DNA of 64,000 bases from Puccinia triticina (GCA_026914245.1 CP110439.1:6882001-6946000), one strand, 5' to 3'; positions 1-14,250 are shown, counted from the first letter of the stretch. The notes: generated by a model not told the origin, from the letters alone. Numbers and translations are program-made.

Positions 1-6
1 TGTTTA

Positions 7-85
7 GAGCATCCACATTGGTGGCTAAGTTGGCGCAAGCTAACCTAGTCATCCAGGACCCGGCTAGCGCTAGCCAGACCCCCGC
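7..85. mobile_element. Terminal fragment of a Harbinger/PIF-like MITE, same family as 16559-17488
   Basis: TTA|GAGCATCCACATTGGTGGC... is the near reverse complement of 17410-17488. Confidence 0.65.
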
Positions 86-2008
86 ATAGCGGGTCCGTGA
101 ATTTTACAAAACTTATTTCACAAGGCATAATCCTTGTGAAATAGATGCATTGGGATTTTATGGGATGTATGGGGTAATATGTATTTTTCCGGGGCTTTTG
201 GACTTGTCTTGGCCCTTGTAAATTATACATTGTAAAACATACTATGCAAATATACCATGTGGATAGCATCTAAGTATATTAAATCCACGCTTTCGTGGAA
301 ATTGGGATCAAGGGTTCCCCCTGCATTTTTCTGAAAAGGGGCTTAAAATTGTCCCCCTGGAAAATGATCTATAATTGCCACTTGTCTCCCACCTCTCATT
401 TCCTCAGGTATCAATACCGTCAGAAAATTAAATTATAGTCCCCGAACATAAATGCCTCGGACTGGCCCCCCAATCCCTGAAGCAGGAATGAAAAGGGGCC
501 GGGTTCAACCCCCTCGTGCCAGTTGCAATTGCAAGGGCAGGAGAGGGGCAAAAAACTGTGAATTAATTAAATAAGGTCCTCGGGTCACTCGCAAGTGCAA
601 AGTGACGGAGGGGGGCTAAAATATAACTGCGCAAATGCAGCAGGTTTATGAAAGGTTATGGTTAACCCCTCGGACCTATCACAAGTGTGATGGCGGAGGG
701 ACCAGGGCGAGCTTGCTCTACCCGTGCAAGCGCAACGGGGGAACTCAAGCCGCCAGCGGAAAACCACTCAATGATCAACCCATTATATGGTCGAAGGGCT
801 TCTTGCCTGTTTCTCCTTACCGGTATTTTTCACAGGTTTTTCACAGGGATGTTTCATCAAGAATCTTCATTGGGAAACTGATATTCCCATTTAGATAATG
901 TTTCGTCGCTTCCGGATCAGGGCTGACCTTTCAGCTTGCGGTTTCGATACGATCACGCAACCGTAACCACTCGTAGAGGACTACACCTCCCGGAAAGGCA
1001 TATACATACATACTCCTAATGTAAGTCATCCTCCGAGTGAACTCTTAGCTGGCCGTTTTTTTTCCGATTTACAACTCTTGCTTTCCCCCCCACGTTTGAT
1101 TCCCAAGGGCCCGTGAATCATAGAGTGCAGGAAGCCTTGTATTTTACCCCTCGGCAGGGATCTTTGCTGCCTAGCGAAGAAGAAGGCTAATATTATACTG
1201 GATACTCGATGTTTTCTATTCATGATTTGATGTACAGGTCACACGTCGGGTCGCTTCGCAACTCAGCTAACCATTGACGAGGTCTTTGATCAATCAGGGT
1301 CTTTTCACAGGGGCGTTAGTTCACATTAATCTGGTCCAGCACCTGGTTGCAGATTATCAGGCTCCACTACCCGTGAGTGCATCTGCGAATTCTGCCGGCA
1401 GTGCCTTGTCACTTGTCCTGAAAGGTTGCAGTCATCGGACCCTCGAGTCAAGTTTCAATTGGTACCCTGATTGGCGCCACACAGGGACCGGGCCTCAAAC
1501 GCTTGTGGTAAGAAACTGTTGCTTGGTTCAATTTTACTTCCCTTGGCGCTAACAACTACCTCATGCATAGTGTTCTCCCTGACTGGGCGAATACCTTTAA
1601 AAGAGAGGCTTTTGCCACACTGATTCTTACTTCACTCGGCATCAACTCACCTACTACGCTCCCGTTTTGTCTCATTGCCGCCTTCTCCTCAAAACCCTGC
1701 TGAGCTTGCTCCGCTGCTGTTGTTTTTTCCTCAAAGCAATCACTCGCTGTTCCTTTACACTCGTCTTCGCCGACCCCTCAAGCAGAACTCGAAACTCCCG
1801 CTCCGCCCTCTCCCTGTAGGTCTCAATTCGAGTGTTTAAATCAAAAACTTTAGTACAATTGATCTCATTATTATCCACATTGTTAACAATTTACCTTATA
1901 ATTATTTTATATTGGTTTCCACCTTAGCCTTCACCAAGACAGCGCCAGAAATCGACCGTAACGCGCACCACCGATCCTCACCAGCACATCTAACATTATA
2001 GATTAGGA

Positions 2009-3210
2009 ATGGCTATGAACAGGAACCCAAACCACCCCGTTCACATGACGAGCATGTACGAACCTCTCGCGGATGTACGTTGCCCCCATGCGTCATACGT
2101 GTGACGTTTTCGCTAAAGGTCCCCACAGTCTGTTCCAGAAAACATACGCGCAAACCAGTACGGTAACGTGACGACGCAATCATTCTTGCAATGCGCCGGT
2201 GTCGACGGGGCTGCCCAAAGAGACTTTGAGATCACTCTCACTACAAACACCGCCCTTGCCAACGTCCTGGCTGCGAATGTTGTCTACTTCATGGCTGGGA
2301 AGTTAATTGCGACGAACGACGGCAAGACACCAATTTTGACGTACAATCAACATTCGGTCTCGCGCGTCAGGGAAATTGGCGAGGAGGGGTTCGATTTCGC
2401 CAATAAGGCAAGTGTAATCGGCCTCGGAATCGTCATCAAACGAGAAGAAGTCACTGCCGGGAATGACAGAGCCCTCGAAGTCACAATGGAGCATAGTGAT
2501 TGGGATTCTCAAGTAAGCCATCCAGTCTTTCAATCTCGCGCAGAAACTGAGCTGTTACTGCTAGGAACGACGTCACAAATCCTTCAAGGTCAAATATGTT
2601 GTCCCCGGGTCAAAAAACTTTATCAAGACTCACGCGCTCTACGTCATTGGGCGGGAATGTGAAATCAGCGGGGTTTTAGTCGACTTTGACCTTGATCAAA
2701 AAATGGCTGTCATTTTGGTAAGGACTTATCATTTTTTCCCTCACAGCTCGCTGACCGGATAACAATTACAGGTCAACGACTGCAGTATAACCAGCGGGCA
2801 CCAACCCAGCCGAGCAAGTGGCTCAGGCTCACCTGCGAAGTTGGGTCCTCATGGCAAAGGAAGAAACATGTGCGTGGCCCGGAGACTAGGCAGCAATTAG
2901 CCACTGACTGAAAGTGATTTATAGATTGAAGCTTGGATCGGAAGACCCGACCTCTCCATTAACTACACCGAGCGCTTCCCCCTGCAAAAGGATCTTCACG
3001 AAGATGTCGCCGGACCCCGTTCCCTCTGGCTCTAAGGGCAAGGCAAAGGCGGTCATTGAAGAAGAATCTGCCGGTGAAGAAGACGATGAGGTGGAAGTCG
3101 AGCCTGAGGCAGAGGAAGACGATGAAGAGGAGGTGGCAGTTAAACCAACCCAAGGTCGACCGCGCAAGGCTATCCTCTTGGATGCCGCCAAACGCCTCAA
3201 GAAGTTGTGA
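2009..3210 (+). CDS. Helitron-borne 5-exon gene, putative OB-fold/ssDNA-binding-like protein with an acidic/basic tail
   Basis: Exons 2009-2074, 2129-2512, 2565-2717, 2772-2869 and 2925-3210 join in frame across GT-AG introns. Beta-strand-rich pattern; the tail has an E/D run followed by GRPRK...KRLKKL. The fold is inferred. Confidence 0.75.
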
Positions 3211-3710
3211 GGTTTACAGGTTGGTGCGTAATCTCCCGTTGCCGTAGTAGGCGAATAGGCCATTCTGACGGGAATGTATCCACTCAGACACCCTAGGTGG
3301 AGCGGTTTTTTTCCAAACTCCTCGCACATAAGTCAGTTTTATCAGCGACATAGTATCGGCCGAGTGTCAGGCGCGGCGGCTCTACAAGGCGCTTGTTGAC
3401 TTAATATCAAACGAAGCGTTGCCAAACCAATCTTACAGAAAGTCTGTAATTTCCTCTAATCTGAAGCGTCTGTTTTCCTTCTCCCTTCGTCCTACAGTTT
3501 GAGGATCATTTTTTGTCCGGAATTCAAGGTCCTTTGAAGCAACTATGAGCAAGTTCCAAAATTTTTTTGTCAACTGGAATGTAAAACATACAGTGATCAA
3601 GTGAGATGTGACAAATTGGAAGCGAAGGGGCGTGGTACTATCAAGTCGCAGGGAAATGGTGTCTGTTGTCTTAAGTTCGCGTGAAAACATTTGAACGAGA
3701 GAGATCTTCT

Positions 3711-4015
3711 TGTTGAGTTGTAGTGTTGTTGTTTCATGTTTCTCTCATGTTTTCCTGCTTCAAACCTTTCTCTCACCTTTCACAGTCGTGACATCCTGTA
3801 TGTAGTTACCTGAGGCAGCAGAGACGTGGAAGCCCTTTTCCTCATCCTTCCACGAACTCACTCATCTCTGTGTTCTGCTGCCCCAGGTTAGTGTTTCTTT
3901 CTTTTTGTCTTTTTCTTCTTTTCCTTGTTCTTTCATTTCTATGATGCAATGAATTATCCTTCCACGAACTCACTCATCTCTGTGTTCTGCTGCCCCAGGA
4001 TGATTCATCTCATCA
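3711..4015 (+). repeat. Copia 5' LTR
   Basis: TGTTGAG...CATCA; identical by eye to 8632-8936. Confidence 0.95.
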
Positions 4016-4115
4016 GGTTATGAGTCCCACTGCGTTACAGCTCTAGCACGTAAAATAACAGAAACTCAGTTCGTAAATCTCTTGAAGGATCACCCCATTC
4101 GCTCCATTTATCAAA

Positions 4116-7100
4116 ATGTCGACCAGCGATCAAATTCAGAAAGCCGCTCCACCGCACATGGAGCTCCTCAGCCACCCGGCTCTCAAAATCTCGGGCGTCG
4201 AGGCCCTCAAAGCTCCAGGAATCAACTCGAACTACCTTGACTGGACGGTCCTTCTGGAAATTCATTTCAATGTGACCGGTGTCTCTTACATCATCAAGCC
4301 GACACACCCCAACGACAAAGGCCCCCGACGAGCAACTTTCGAGCAAGACAACATGGCCGTCTGCTCCGTCATCTCGCGAACGATCGAACCGGTCAACTTG
4401 CGGTACATCCGTTCGTTCATTCAGGACGCGAAGGGGATGTGGGATGCGCTAAAAGAAGCTCACCAGGACTCCTCATCCGGTGGGCGCATGTTCTGGCTAC
4501 GCAAGCTCACGACCGCAAGAATGACGGGTGACGATGTGGAAGCACACATCGACGAGCTCCACTCGTACGCCGAACGTCTGAACGCGATAGTCACTCCGCA
4601 GAAACCTCTTACCCCGGACGATATTCATGCGACTTCGTTACTCAACTCTCTGCCGCCTGATTGGCTCCCTTGTGTGTCTGCGCTCATGAATGAGAGCCAG
4701 GTCTCATCCCTGAGGATTGTCTCAGCTCTCCGTCAGGAGTCCCTTCGTCGTCAACAACGTCTCGAAGAAACTCGGCTGATTGAATCCGTTGCTCGAGCCA
4801 ACGTCTCGACTGATCGAAAGACCCAACCCCCATTTAACGCGGCCCTTTTCTGCACCTTCTGCAACGTCAATGGCCACGAACTATCGGCCTGCAAGACTGC
4901 AGCTCGTATCCTAACTGAGCACAAGCAGAATCGTCCAACAGATTCATCTCGCCCTCGTCCGATGGAGTCATCTCGCTCCACTGATCGCCCTCGTCGCCAA
5001 GGCCACCGCAGAGGTAGACAGGGCCAGAGGCCCCACGCCACAGCCGGGAAAACCACCGTCGTTGAACTTGGAGGCGGAGACAATGATCAGGACGACTTGG
5101 ATTACTCGGGCTCAGACGATGACACCTACTCGCAACCACCCGCAAGAGCCGGGAATGCAGTTGTGGAATCCGTGCAAGCATCAGTCGCCCATCCGAACGC
5201 TCTCCGTGACGCAAATCTCGACTCAGGATGTTCAAACTGCATGACCCCCTACACGTCGGGCGTCACGAACATTAAGCCGGACAGCACTCCGGTCAGACTT
5301 GCAGATCACTCTCTCGTTGCAGCCTCTCACCGCGGCACGACCGTTCTTCCACTGTCCTCCCCGGTCTCGGTCCCCACTCTTGTTGTCCCTGACCTTCATG
5401 AACCCCTGTTGTCCATCGCCGCGATGTGCGATGCCTGACTCACCTGTGTCTTCGACAAGGAAAGGTGCGACATCTTCACCTTGTCTTCAGTCAAGCTGAG
5501 CGGCGACTCTGTTGGACAAGGATACCGTAAAGGAAACCTTTACTACTTGCCGTCCAACGAGGTAAAGTCATTCTCAACCTCTTCCCGTTCACTGTCATCT
5601 GTTGACAGCTCCCTCCTGGGATTCCACCGACGCCTGTCACATATAGGCCTGAAACCTCTGAAAGCACTTCTGAAGACTCTCAAGATCAAACCCACACTCA
5701 TGAACGAGATCGAAGTACAACGGTGCGCAATCTGTGTTCAGTCCAAAATGCACAGATCTTCTTTCAAGTCTCGAGCGGCACACCGGTCCAATACCCCCGG
5801 CAAACTCATACATTCGGATGTGGGGTCATTTGAGGTACAATCAAGAGAAGGCTATAATTACTTTGTCACTTTCATCGATGACTTCTCTAAAGCTGTTTCT
5901 GTTTTCCCAATGAAATCAAAGTCAAATGTGTTTTCCTGCTTTAAAATCTTCCGTGCCCACTTTGAGAAGGATGGGTCCCACAAAATCCAAGCGCTCCGCT
6001 CCGACAACGGTGGAGAATACTTGTCCTCTGAGTTTATGACCTATCTGGATCACGCCGGAATTGTCCATGAACCTGGCCCACCCCACTCCCCGGAATTGAA
6101 CGGTGTCGCTGAAAGGACCAACCAAACGCTGGGGAATCTCATTCGGTGCTCACTAATGAGTGCCGGCCTCCCAAAATTCTTCTGGGCTGACGCACTTCGT
6201 CATGTGTCGTTTTCCCTAAACTCCGTCCCTTGCTACACCCCAGCCGGATTCAAGCCACCAAACGAAACTCTGGGGAAGCCTCTTGTCGACATCACCGGTC
6301 TACACCCCTTTGGATGCTTGGTGTGGTATAAAGTTCCGGAAGCAAACCGGAAGAAACTTGACATGAAGGGACGGTCGGCTCTTTTACTTTCATACCTGGG
6401 AGATGGAAATGGGTACCGAGTGTGGGACCTTGAACGGAGAACTGTGATCAAATCCCGCGATGTGCTCTTCGACGACTGCAGTTTTCCTTATGGATCAAAG
6501 CTTGAGAAGGAGCCGCCTTGTCAGGCAATTGAACTCCCTTGGCCGATCCTGCAGGCTCCTCAGCCAGTCCCACCACGGCGTGAGTCGCACTCCATTCTAG
6601 GCCTGGATTCACCAACGCAATCGCTGCCACCTCTCAACATCCCCCTTCAACCGAGATTTGATCGCCGTCTTACGGCATCTATTCATGCACCGGCGGACCG
6701 ACCTCAAGCTCAGTGCCCCGCCTCGCCGCCCTCCCTGGCAGCCCCTCCTCCGTCTCCTGTGACTCCATCCTCCCCGCCCCCCGTCCCTCCGTCATCTCCT
6801 TGTTCTCCTTCCTCCTTTCCCCTTCCCCCGTCACCTTCACCCTCGCCTCCTCCGAAGATCATCAGCCAACAGCTGCCTCCACTGTCGGTTCCAGCACCAG
6901 CAGCTCCCGTGCCCGAAGCACCAGCAACCAGACCAGCCTCTCCCCCGAACCGTCGCTCCGGTCGTCAAAGGCGTGCTCCTGATCGGTACGGCAACTGGGC
7001 AAAATCGGCAACCCCTGACGATGAGCCAGATACCCCCAAGACCTGGAAGCAACTGCTTCGTTCCCCGCACAAGTCCAAGTGGCTGAAGGCCGCTGATGAA

Positions 7101-8567
7101 GAATTTCTCTCCCTGATTGGCATGGATACGTGGCAACTAGTCCCTTGCCCGCTTAAACGGAAAATCATAAAATCTAAGTGGGTATTTAAGATTAAGCGTC
7201 GTCCGGACAATTCTATACAGAAGCTTAAGGCTAGACTAGTCGCCATGGGCTACACGCAAGTACATGGGAAAGATTACGATGAGGTATTTGCACCGACTCT
7301 TCGTCTGGAAACTCTTCGCCTGATTCTTAGTCTACTGGCAATCAAGAAGTGGATCGGCCGACAAGTGGACTTCAAGTCGGCTTTTCTGAATGGACGCCTG
7401 CAGGAACCGGTCTATATGGAACAGCCGCCGGGTTTCGAGGACCCGGAACATCCCGACTGGGTATGTGAGGTCAAGCGCTCAATCTATGGTCTCAAGCAGT
7501 CTCCCCGCAAATGGAACCGCGAGCTTCATACCGGCCTTGTACAGTGTGGTCTTACCCAGTCCAAGTATGACCCAACGCTGTACTTCACAATCAAAAACGG
7601 CACCCTTGCTGGCGCAGTGACGGTGCATGTGGATGACCTGGCTATCGTAGGTGAACCTTCTTTCGTTGGCCCCCTGATTGAAGCGCTCGGCAAACGGTTT
7701 AAGATAGGGGCGGACGAAGAACTACATCATTTTCTTTCCATGAAGATTGACAGGAAGGTGGACGACCACCTTCTCTACATCTCTCAAGAACACTACATCA
7801 CCGACCTTCAGAAGCGCTTTCTGACTGATTCCCCCATCTCTGTCCGTACTCCAACCGACTCGTTTTTCAAGGACCTCGTCCCCCGGAAAGCAGGGGAACA
7901 AGCATCTTCCGGTCCATATCCCCGACTCATTGGCGCTCTGCTCTGGGCATCACAATGCACTAGGCCCGACGTTGCGTTTGTAGTAAACCGACTCTCCCAG
8001 TTCCTGCGAGACCCCTCAGAGGCACACTGGAAGGCGGCAATCCGTGTGCTCCACTATCTGATCTCCACCAAACACCTACGTCTCCGTCTAGGCGGCTCCT
8101 TGACCTGTGCGGGTTTTTCGGATTCTGATTGGGCCGAGGATCGCCATGACAGAAGATCAACATCAGCCTACACGTATCGCATTGGCGACAGGGCCGTCTC
8201 CTGGAAGTCTCGGAAGCAAGCCACTGTTTCCCTCTCAAGCACGGAAGCAGAATACAAGGCGATGTCGGACTCGTGCAAGGAGGGTCTTTGGCTGCGGTAT
8301 GTTCTGACCGAGCTCCGCCTGCGTCCCCACACAGCAATCCCTCTTCACGTCGACAACGCAGGAGCCGAAGCCCTAGCCAAGAATCCCGAACATCACGCCC
8401 GCACCAAGCATATCGACGCGCGGTATCATTTCTCGCGTGAGTGTGTCAAAAGCGGAAAAATATCAGTCCTCCACGTGTCAACCAAGGACATGCTTGCCAA
8501 CATGCTCACAAAACCCCTCAGTCGTGTTCTCCTTGAAGATCATCGTACCAGGTTCGGCGTAGTCTAG
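4116..8567 (+). pseudogene. Copia gag-pol polyprotein with a single in-frame TGA at 5436-5438
   Basis: Zn knuckle CTFCNVNGHELSAC, protease LDSG, integrase HSDV...SDNGGEY...NGVAER, RT VHVDD, RNase H SDSDWA. ORFs 4116-5438 and 5481-8567 are in the same frame. Confidence 0.93.
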
Positions 8568-8631
8568 TCCTCTTTTGTTTCTGTTTCTTTTCTTTTCTTT
8601 TTGTTTCCATCTGGTTTTCAGCAAGGGGGGG

Positions 8632-8936
8632 TGTTGAGTTGTAGTGTTGTTGTTTCATGTTTCTCTCATGTTTTCCTGCTTCAAACCTTTCTCTCACCTT
8701 TCACAGTCGTGACATCCTGTATGTAGTTACCTGAGGCAGCAGAGACGTGGAAGCCCTTTTCCTCATCCTTCCACGAACTCACTCATCTCTGTGTTCTGCT
8801 GCCCCAGGTTAGTGTTTCTTTCTTTTTGTCTTTTTCTTCTTTTCCTTGTTCTTTCATTTCTATGATGCAATGAATTATCCTTCCACGAACTCACTCATCT
8901 CTGTGTTCTGCTGCCCCAGGATGATTCATCTCATCA
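8632..8936 (+). repeat. Copia 3' LTR
   Basis: Follows the PPT; identical to the 5' LTR. Confidence 0.95.
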
Positions 8937-9766
8937 TACAGGGGCGATGCTACGGCGAACGCAAATATGTGCCTACTCCACGCTGGAGTTCATAAATGAA
9001 GACTCGCCGCATTAATTGGGTGATCTGACCCGAGTATCGTTGAGCCGCTTATCTGAAATGACAATGCCCCCCAAATCCCCGATGACCTGATTGACTAAAA
9101 CTGAAGGGAAGGGGGGAGTCTCATAGTGCGGTGAGCGCCCTGTAACTGAACTGGCCAAAGGCATACAGTTGATTCTGATGGGAAGCACCACTTAATGTTT
9201 CAGCCACCAACGCTAATGGTCTCAAGATTAATGACTTGGCACGGACGATTGCGCAAGAGAGAAGAACGCGAAAACCAGCCCGGGCGAACGGCCCGAGAAG
9301 GTCAGCGCAACGCTCAAGCCTCGCATGATGAGCACAGACTGTATAGCGGCAGACATATCTTGATCAGAACCGGCTAAATTTTTGTATGGACCAAACTGGT
9401 CCAGGTTTTGATAGAAATATAGAGACTCGACGAACGAAGGAGAAATTTTGAATGACAAATAGTGAGGCAATGATGAGGCACTAAGAATAAATTTGAGTAG
9501 AAAAGAACCATCAGCCGACACCGCAGGCAGCCGCAAACTCCAATCACCGGTGAAGACTCAAGCGCCAACCACTTTTACTGTACCCTCCAAACCAGTCTCC
9601 GCTCTCAAGTAATTCAGCAAGGTGAAGTCACCGCCGTCGCGAAACGTAGGTCGCGCATTTCTGTTGGCTATGTAATTGATTCAATATCCAAGTTGAAATA
9701 CTGACTCATTTGTCTTTCTGCTCGAACGAATTGACTTGATGTTTGCGCTCTTAGAAACCTGACGGG

Positions 9767-12700
9767 ATGGTAGAATCAAAGGGAAAAGTCATCGACCACC
9801 CGTCACGAAACTGTGAAAAGAAGATTCTTGGTTTCGACTTTGTCAGTATACCACATAATATTGGGCTGTGCAATCGTCTTTGCGCTTCCTGTGGGGCCTT
9901 GCACTGGGCTGGTGAATGTGCAGTCAGCGATAAGAACAAGGCGGCAATAGACTATACAATGTGCTGTGGGAAGAACAAAGTAAGGCTGCCTATATTTGAC
10001 GAAGCGGCAAAGTGCTACCCAAAAGTTCTCGAGAAGCTGTTCACACTGAAGACTCCTTGTGAGTACCTCATTTAAGGACGTTATCCAACAATCCAACAAC
10101 TAATGTGTGCTTTCCAGCTGCGCTTAACTTCCAGAATCTGACGCGGATGTACAACAACGCCGTGTCATTTACGTCACTGCGCACCAACATTGACTACTCG
10201 GTGCAGGGGCCGGCTGGTGTTAATGTTTTTCGGATGAGCGGCGGCCTTACTCACCTGATTTCTAGCATTGAGCCTTTAAGACCGGCTGACCTGGGGTTTG
10301 CCCAAATTTTCGTCGTCGGCGATCATGGAACAAACGAGGCAGAACTTCGGGTTCGGAAGGCACAAGGATTGGGAATCATCAACGGGGGAGTTTCAAGGCT
10401 GCAACCTTCAACCGTTTCAACAATCATGGCCTATATGTATAAGCATAACCCTTATGCAAAGTTGTTCAAATCGGCACGTCAGGTCCTCAAAGAGTCGAAC
10501 GCGAAAACGCTGAAGCTTAAAGGGATCTCAAGACCCGGCGCAGACCCAAAGCGGTACAATGAGCCTACCCTCAGCGAAGTGGCCGTGGTGGTGGCGGGCG
10601 ACGGGGAAATCCTGCAGGAAAGAGATATTTTACTCCACCGCAAGGATGATAAGTTGATTTCAATTTCAGACACGCATTCTTCTTATTTTCCTCTACAATA
10701 CCCGCTCTTTTTTCCGAGGGGCGAACAGCAATGGCACTTGCATTACCGTTGTTCAACTGAAAGGGGTTTGCCAGTCCCGCTTACTGGAAATTAGATCAAT
10801 GAGCTGACGCTGCCTTCAGTCAAGAACAGGAAAGTGGGATCACTCGAATGGTACGCGCATCTCCTTTTCGACCGACCTGGAAGGTTCTCCCCAATTCTTC
10901 GCGGCAAATCACTCCTCCAAGAATTTGTTGTCGATATGTACGTTTGCGTTGAACGCCAACGATTGCAGTACATAAGGGATAATCAGGAAGCTATGAAGGC
11001 GAGTCAATATAGTGCACTGATAAAGGGTCTCAAGAACCAGAAATCTTATTCAGCTAGGCGTGTTGTGTTGCCTGCCACTTTTATTGGAAGTCCCCGCGGA
11101 ATGAGCCAACTTTACTACGATTCAATGGCAATTTGCAACAAGTTCGGCCCGCCGTCCCTTTTTATAACCATGACCGCAAATCCAGATTGGATTGCGATAG
11201 CGTCGATGATTCCAAAGGGCGAAAAGGCCTTCGACCATCCCACGATCGTCGCGCGAGTCTTTCGTCTCAAGATTAAAGGATTAATACATGAACTTGTGAA
11301 AATGGGTCGTCTTGGAAAGGTGGTTGCATACGTATACACCATTGAGTTTCAAAAGCGCGGTTTGCCGCACGCCCACCTGATGGTCACGCTCGACGAAAAG
11401 GACAAGCCGGCTACGCCGGAAAAAATTGATCTCCTTGTGTCAGCGGAAATCCCCGACGAAGTTGAAGAGCCGCAACTGCACGCCCTTGTCACCCGGTTTA
11501 TGCTACACGGCCCATGCGAGGGCAGGTCTTGTTTTCGGGAGAAGGGTTGCAAGCTAGGATTCCCGAAACCCTTCTCGCCACGCACAGTCACTGTCGATGG
11601 AGCATATCCTGTGTATTTGCAACGCAATGACGGACGTTTTGTCCAGAAACAAGCCACACGGTTTGACAACGGTTCAGTTGTGCCTTTCAACAAATTCCTC
11701 ACGTTAATGTTCCAGTGCCACATAAACGTTGAGATTCCGGTACATAGCACAGCAATCAAATACTTGTATAAGTACATAACAAAGGGGCATGACCGGAGTT
11801 ACATGGCATTGGAAGTCGAAGATGAGACTAAGGCTTATATTGACGCCCGGTATATATCACTGCCTGAAGGTTAGTAGAAGTTTTGGTTCTCCTGATTAAC
11901 TACTTTTGGAGCTAACACATCAACTGCAGCTGCTTGGCGTCTTTTTAAGTTTCCCCTTTCAGATAGATCACCGGCGGTAACTCGCCTTACCATTCACAAA
12001 GAAAACGAAAAAGTTGTCTATTTCAATGAGAACGAGGGGGCTGAAGGTCAGATCAAAAGCGGGAAAGCAGCACGAACAACGCTTACAGGCTATCTACAAC
12101 TGAATCAGACGGACGCAGTTGGTGCAGATGGCCGGCGAGCAAGAACGTTACTATATGGGGACATTCCTGTCTTTTTCTGGTGGCATAAGGGCGAAAAGGA
12201 GTGGAAACCTCGAAAAACTAAAGCAGAATGCGTTGGCAGGATTTACACGGTGTCTTATCTTGCTGGGGAAAAATTTTACCTTCGAGTATTGCTGCTCCAC
12301 ATAAAGGGGGCACAATCCTTTGAAGATTTCCGGAAATTCAATGGCGAACTCTATGCTTCCTACCAGGATGCTTGCAACGCTCGCGGATTACTCGCGAATG
12401 ATTCTCTCTATGACTTAGCTTTGGCGGAGGCGGGGTTAGTTCAGTCGGGCTACCAACTCACCCAAATGTACGCTATCATCTGTGTCCACTCTCCGCCTTC
12501 AGACCCAAAGGCACTGTTTGATGCGCATCTCGAGGCTCTTACCGACGACTTAATCCGAGTGGACATGACGGTACGGAATAGCCGCCAACTACGGTTAGAA
12601 GAGCGCCGTGTCCTCGGCATTTTCCGCCTCGAGGCGATGATGGAAAGCATGGCTAGCTCGCTGGCGAGTTGCGGAATCGCTGTTTCCTCCGAAGAAAGAG

Positions 12701-14250
12701 GTATCCTTGATGAGATGCGACGAGAAAGGTTGACGCCTCACCAAACAACCGACATATGCTCACGACTTGAACGTCACCAGGCGCAGTTCAACCATGGCCA
12801 ACGGACGATATTCAAGAAGGTTGTAAGCTCGTTGGGTTCCGCGAAAGGGAGAATGTACTATATCGATGGGCCGGGAGGAACGGGGAAGACCTTCCTCCTC
12901 AATTCAATCATTGATGCATCCAAGGTTTGAGGTCACCGGAATATTGTAGTCGCCTCGTCAGGGGTTGCCGCGCTCCTGCTCCGCGGCGGCCAAACTGCAC
13001 ATTCCGCTTTCAGCATTCCCATCAATCCAGTTGAGGGAGCCGAGTGCACCGTGGAGGCCGACACGATTTTGGGCGAAAAGCTGATCAATTCAAACCTCAT
13101 CATCTGGGATGAGATCGTCATGATTCACCGCTTTGCAATTGAGGCGGTGAGTATCACTTTACAGCGGCTCTGTGGTTCCAATCAACCCTTCGGCGGGAAG
13201 ACTGTCGTATTCGCTGGCGACTTCAGACAAATTCTTCCTGTTGTGAAATACGCCGAATTTCCTAAGTCCTTTAATGCAACATTGAAATCGTCGGTACTTT
13301 GGGAGGCACTCACGCAGTTAAAGCTGAAGGAAAACATGCGGCTTGCCAGGGCACTGGCGGAAGATGAGGCAGCCGACAACGTCAATTTTGCGGAGTCCCT
13401 GTTAGCCCTTGGCGAAGGGGTTAACCAGTCAAACGACTTCGAGGTTATCAATCTAAATAACATAAACATTATTGATTTTGATTCGGATGTCACAAGTAGC
13501 ATCGCATTGATTGATTTTGTGTACAAGGATATATCCAAACAAAACAGAAAACCGATTGGAGAAAAAGTCAAGTACCTGAATGAGCGATGCATATTGGCCC
13601 CATTGAACAGAGACGTCAAGAATATCAATGAGGAAGTGATGAGGATGCTTCCGGGTCAGGCTACTGTTTTGAGGTCAATTGATACTCCGGATCCCGATGC
13701 ATTTGACAGTTTACCGGAAGAGTGCCTGAATAAGCTTTCTCCACAGGGACTGCCGGATCATATTTTAACCCTAAAAGTTGGGATGCCAGTTGTGGTGACC
13801 CGTAACTTGAGGATTGGAAATGGTATTTGCAACGGGACTCGGGTCCTTCTAACTCAAGTTGCGCAAGGTTTTTTATGTGGCGTGATAATGGGTGGGCCAT
13901 TTGGTGGCGAAGAAGTTACTTTGCCTAGGATAAAGCTACAGACTAAGGCGAATAAGGGATCGGGCCAGTCGTTTTTCAGATTTCAGTTTCCAGTCAAGCC
14001 GGCGTACGCCATGTCCATCAAAAAAAGCCAAGGACAAACCCTTGCGCGGGTCGGGGTGTTTCTGCAGACAGACATATTCGCTCATGGTCAACTTTACGTT
14101 GCGTTATCGCGGGTCTCAAATGTGAAGGATTTACTTGTTGCAAAGCCAAAGAATCGGGATGGGGTAATCAACATAGTCCATAAATCAATTTTCAACCCGT
14201 CCCGGAATAAGAGTGCGTTGAAAACTTCTGGCTCATCAGCTCGTGACTGA
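9767..14250 (+). pseudogene. Helitron RepHel (HUH Rep plus Pif1-family helicase), multi-exon, nonsense codon at 12928-12930
   Basis: N-terminal CASC...HW...CC; Rep motifs FITMTANP, EFQKRGLPHAH, KYLYKY; helicase DGPGGTGKT, IIWDE, GDFRQILPV, KSQGQT. SKV*GHRNIVVASSGVAA continues in frame through the TGA. Confidence 0.93.

Larger units (their letters stand above)
3711..8936 (+). mobile_element. Ty1/Copia LTR retrotransposon
   Basis: Two 305-bp TG...CA LTRs, PBS GGTTATGAGTCCC at 4016, PPT AAGGGGGGG before 8632, and gag-PR-IN-RT-RH domain order. Confidence 0.97.
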
